Shown here: in pieces, positions 61,267-64,000 of the stretch
Layout of the letters: each line of letters begins with the position of its first letter
Position numbering within the stretch: the stretch's first letter is position 1
Source of the DNA: an uncultured Fidelibacterota bacterium
GTDB taxonomy: Bacteria > Fidelibacterota > Marinisomatia > Marinisomatales > TCS55
Direction: 5' to 3'
Length of the DNA: 64,000 bases
Assembly (NCBI GenBank): GCA_913049685.1
Contig: CAJWZD010000002.1
Location: 2,694-66,693, forward strand
Notes under the pieces: model-generated
What the model saw: the letters and a program-made list of their open reading frames with translations, nothing else
What the model was told of the DNA's origin: nothing
Database searches by the model: none
Position numbers and translations under genes: made by a program

Positions 61267-61999
61267 CTTTTTTCCAAAAATGAAGTCTTAAGTCATTTCC
61301 ATCAAATTTTCCATATGAAAAGAAGCTTAGCCAATCCCCTAAAATGAGAAGTTTGCCATTTTTCATATCTAATTCTTTTGCTTGGTGGTAATGACCAGAA
61401 ATAAAATAATCACAACCACCATCCAAAAAGGGCTTTGATTGAATTTTCATCTCATCTAGAATCTTTTTGTTATATTCTTTTGTATGTACATAATGATCAC
61501 CTTTTTTTGATACCCAATTAGCAAATGAATAGCCAATTCTAGGGTGCAAAGATCTGTAAAACCAAATAAATAAATGTGAACGTATAAACTTTTTTAATGC
61601 TCTATAGCTTTTATCCCAGGAAAGAAAGCCATCACCATGAGTAATATAAAAAGTCTTTTCACCTACTTTAAGTTTAACATCATCATCGTATACTTTATCG
61701 AACAGAGTATCATTAATGAAATCCATGACCCAGTAATCATGATTACCAAGGACATAATGCACTCTTACACCAGATTCTCTTAACTTGAGGATTTGATAAT
61801 AAAAAGGTGCATAAACCTTTGGAATTACATCCTTATATTCAAAATAGAAATCAAAAAGGTCGCCATTAATTATTAATGTCCCCCCTGTTTTCCTAACATG
61901 ATCAAAAAAATTGAACAGAATTTCTTCACGCTCAACTTCCTTCTTGGTGCGGTTTAACATCAAATGAATGTCGGAAATGAAATATATTGGTAAATCCAT
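61253..61999 (-). CDS. lpxH: UDP-2,3-diacylglucosamine diphosphatase (LpxH-like calcineurin-type metallophosphoesterase)
   Basis: It has FISDIHL, INGDLFD, LGNHDYW, THGD and SGHYH, the motif order of LpxH. The length is 248 aa. Confidence 0.75.
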   Translation of the reverse strand: MDLPIYFISDIHLMLNRTKKEVEREEILFNFFDHVRKTGGTLIINGDLFDFYFEYKDVIPKVYAPFYYQILKLRESGVRVHYVLGNHDYWVMDFINDTLFDKVYDDDVKLKVGEKTFYITHGDGFLSWDKSYRALKKFIRSHLFIWFYRSLHPRIGYSFANWVSKKGDHYVHTKEYNKKILDEMKIQSKPFLDGGCDYFISGHYHQAKELDMKNGKLLILGDWLSFFSYGKFDGNDLRLHFWKKDEKK

Positions 62000-62050
62000 G
62001 CCTATAAAGTAATATTTTACTTAGAGGACAGTCAATCATCAAACTTTATT

Positions 62051-62082
62051 ATTAATTTTGCAGTTTAAATTGCAAAATTAAT
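62051..62082. promoter_or_regulatory. 32-bp near-perfect palindrome (15/16 bp per arm) centred in the divergent lpxH / MA-peptidase intergenic region; candidate operator
   Basis: The sequence is ATTAATTTTGCAGTTTAAATTGCAAAATTAAT. The only non-complementary pair is G62063/T62070. The core reads TTGCA-N8-TGCAA. It lies 52 nt from the lpxH start and 54 nt from the plus-strand ATG. Confidence 0.5.
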
Positions 62083-62135
62083 CTATGCCTTCGAATTTAT
62101 GGAACTTAAGCTCTAAATTAGACTTTATTAATATT

Positions 62136-64000
62136 ATGAAAAGAATTGCATATATCTCTCTTTTTCTGCTTTGTTCCGCATTGCAGGGTCAATCCTTTGG
62201 GCAAAATAAGGTTCAATATCGCGATTTTGAATGGAGCTTTATCTCCTCCCCAAACTTTGATGTTTACTACTATGGTGACGAGCTTGACCTAGCAACATTT
62301 ACAATGGAGGCAGCAAATGAAGCTTACGAGCAAATCGCAAAACATCTTAGATGGAATTTAAAGAAAAGAGTTCCAATCCTTGTTTATCATTCGCATAACG
62401 AATTCCAACAAAACAACGCCGTTGGTGTTTATATGTCCGAAGGGATTGGCGGTGTTACGGAGTTGTTTAAAAATAGGGTAGTCATTCCATTTGAAGGAGA
62501 CTATAAAGCATTTAGGCATGTAATCCACCATGAGCTTGTTCATGCAATGATAAATGATCTTATTTATGGTGGCAGGATGAATAATGTAGCTAGTGGCCAA
62601 GTCAGGTGGAGCATACCTCTTTGGGCAAATGAAGGTTTAGCTGAATACCTATCATCGAATTGGGATACTGAAGCTGATATGGTCATTCGTGATTTAGCTA
62701 TCAATGAGCGCATACCTACAGTAAAAGAGCTTGAGTACTATTTGGCCTACAAAGGAGGTCAGTCGGTATGGAAGTTTATAGCTGAAAAATATGGAAGAGA
62801 GAAAATAGGTGAAGTCTTCCAAGAGATGAAAAGATTAAGGGGAGCTGAAAAAGGATTTAAAAGTGCGATTGGTATGGATTTTGATGAATTAACAGAACAG
62901 TGGCACAAATATATTAAAAAAGAATTTTATCCCGATGTGGCAGGGCGAGATGAAGTTGATGATATTGCTAAAAAACTAACTGATCATAAGAAAGCAAGAA
63001 ACGTATATAATGTTTCCCCGTCAATTTCACCAGACGGGGGTAAAATCGCTTTTCTAACAAATAATCTTAGCTATTTTGATATCGATCTGATCGACGCTGT
63101 AACTGGCAAGAAGATTAAAAAATTAATTAAAGGTAGCAGGTCGTTGGATTTTGAAGAATTGAAGTTTTTACAGCCAGGAATTAGTTGGTCGCCTGATAGT
63201 GAAAGAATAGTTTTTGCAGCAAAATCTGGCTCAGGTGATGCACTTTATATAGTTAACGTTGATAGCGAAGAAAAAGAAAAGATTCCATTTGAATTGGATG
63301 GAGTTTTTAGTGCCGTGTGGAGTCCCTTAGGCGATAAACTGGCATTTGTTGGCTATGAAAAAGGTGCAAGCGATATATATATTTATGATATAAATAAAAA
63401 AGAACACTATAATTTAACCAATGATATCTATTCTGATTCAGAACCTTCTTGGAGCCCAGATGGTAATTCAATAGCATTTGTATCAGATAGAAAAAATGCT
63501 TTTAATAAATCAGCAACAACGTCTCAAGATATGATTTCAGTGGATTATGAGAGCAAAGATATTTATATAATTGATGTTAAGACAAAGAGCTTAAATCAAG
63601 TAACACGTACTGCCTACAATGAGGACTATCCGATTTTTTCAAACACTGAGGAATCTCTTTTTTATGTTGCCGACTCATCTGGTACATGGAATTTATTTAA
63701 ATATGACATTACAGGTAGGACCACATCAATAGTTACAAATCTACTCACCGGTATATTTCAATTGAGCTTAAATAAATTTGACGATGCTATGGTTTTTTCT
63801 GGTTACTCAAATAGGGGGTGGGATGTATATAGGTTAAATAATCCTCTTGACTTGAAGGAGGTAGAAGTAGAGCCAACTAAATTTGTATTAAACAAAGACT
63901 TTGTTGAAAAAGAAGAACTTGTTGACCTTCGAAAAGATAAATGGCGCGGAAGTGATTCAAATCAATCTGATTATTCTAGGCATATTTTTGCAATGGAGTA
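62136..64000 (+). CDS. 5' part of a large secreted protein: peptidase-MA-like HExxH domain fused to TolB-like (PD40/WD40-like) beta-propeller repeats; runs off the window
   Basis: It is not in the ORF track because no stop is reached. ATG at 62136 gives MKRIAYISLFLLCSALQGQ..., with HELVH (62529-62543) followed 28 aa later by NEGLAEY. PD40 repeats follow: SISPDGGKIAF, ISWSPDSERIVF, AVWSPLGDKLAF and PSWSPDGNSIAF. The frame stays open to 64000. Confidence 0.8.
   Translation, partial: MKRIAYISLFLLCSALQGQSFGQNKVQYRDFEWSFISSPNFDVYYYGDELDLATFTMEAANEAYEQIAKHLRWNLKKRVPILVYHSHNEFQQNNAVGVYMSEGIGGVTELFKNRVVIPFEGDYKAFRHVIHHELVHAMINDLIYGGRMNNVASGQVRWSIPLWANEGLAEYLSSNWDTEADMVIRDLAINERIPTVKELEYYLAYKGGQSVWKFIAEKYGREKIGEVFQEMKRLRGAEKGFKSAIGMDFDELTEQWHKYIKKEFYPDVAGRDEVDDIAKKLTDHKKARNVYNVSPSISPDGGKIAFLTNNLSYFDIDLIDAVTGKKIKKLIKGSRSLDFEELKFLQPGISWSPDSERIVFAAKSGSGDALYIVNVDSEEKEKIPFELDGVFSAVWSPLGDKLAFVGYEKGASDIYIYDINKKEHYNLTNDIYSDSEPSWSPDGNSIAFVSDRKNAFNKSATTSQDMISVDYESKDIYIIDVKTKSLNQVTRTAYNEDYPIFSNTEESLFYVADSSGTWNLFKYDITGRTTSIVTNLLTGIFQLSLNKFDDAMVFSGYSNRGWDVYRLNNPLDLKEVEVEPTKFVLNKDFVEKEELVDLRKDKWRGSDSNQSDYSRHIFAME

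Noticed and set aside
62358-62600. 80-aa minus-strand ORF, the only track entry in 62000-64000
   Set aside because: The plus-strand frame from 62136 encodes a coherent HExxH/PD40-repeat protein across this region. The minus ORF is its shadow.

Overview
This is an AT-rich window (about one-third G+C by eye, not computed) with very high gene density. I call about 56 CDS. Most gaps are under 30 nt, and there are many ATGA, TAATG and GTGA stop/start overlaps. Convergent genes are separated by only 0-5 nt. It reads as core chromosome of a Gram-negative bacterium of the FCB-superphylum type. The evidence is a short 284-aa primary sigma factor, DUF4159, DUF4835, DUF2723 and DUF4139-type proteins, a TonB receptor with a CarboxypepD_reg-like N-domain, and an MA-peptidase/TolB-propeller protein. 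A streamlined marine lineage such as Marinimicrobia/SAR406 or an Ignavibacteria-like group is only a guess. The standard genetic code applies: TGA, TAA and TAG all act as stops.

Content:
- Housekeeping genes: ybeY, mazG, holB, metG, cutC, tatD, rsmA, rpoD, rpsU, glmM-like, rlmD, valS, recG, cca, pyrG, argF.
- An LPS supercluster: kdsB-pyrG-kdsA-kdsC-lptC-lptB-rpoN, then hflKC, argF and kdsD, with an lpxH-like gene nearby.
- A Yip1-TolC-MacA-MacB(ATPase)-FtsX-FtsX efflux operon.
- A TonB-dependent receptor with a lipoprotein.
- An MthK-like K+ channel.
- Several operons of unknown function encoding envelope proteins.

I found no rRNA, tRNA, CRISPR array, IS element, prophage, toxin-antitoxin pair, defence island or biosynthetic cluster, so nothing here looks like an accessory island.

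The best candidates for undescribed biology are:
1. A tightly packed four-gene envelope operon at 3765-10978: DUF4159, a 1136-aa TM/coiled-coil giant, a TPR protein and a secreted GATase1-like protein.
2. Two stand-alone 167-aa cyclic-nucleotide-binding proteins, each co-operonic with a membrane transport protein.
3. A DUF1844 / GT-C+TPR (DUF2723) / GT2 trio.
4. An lpxH / HEAT-lipoprotein / secreted-protein operon, next to a 32-bp near-perfect palindrome centred in a divergent promoter region.

All functional calls rest on motif recognition in the supplied translations. No database search was run.
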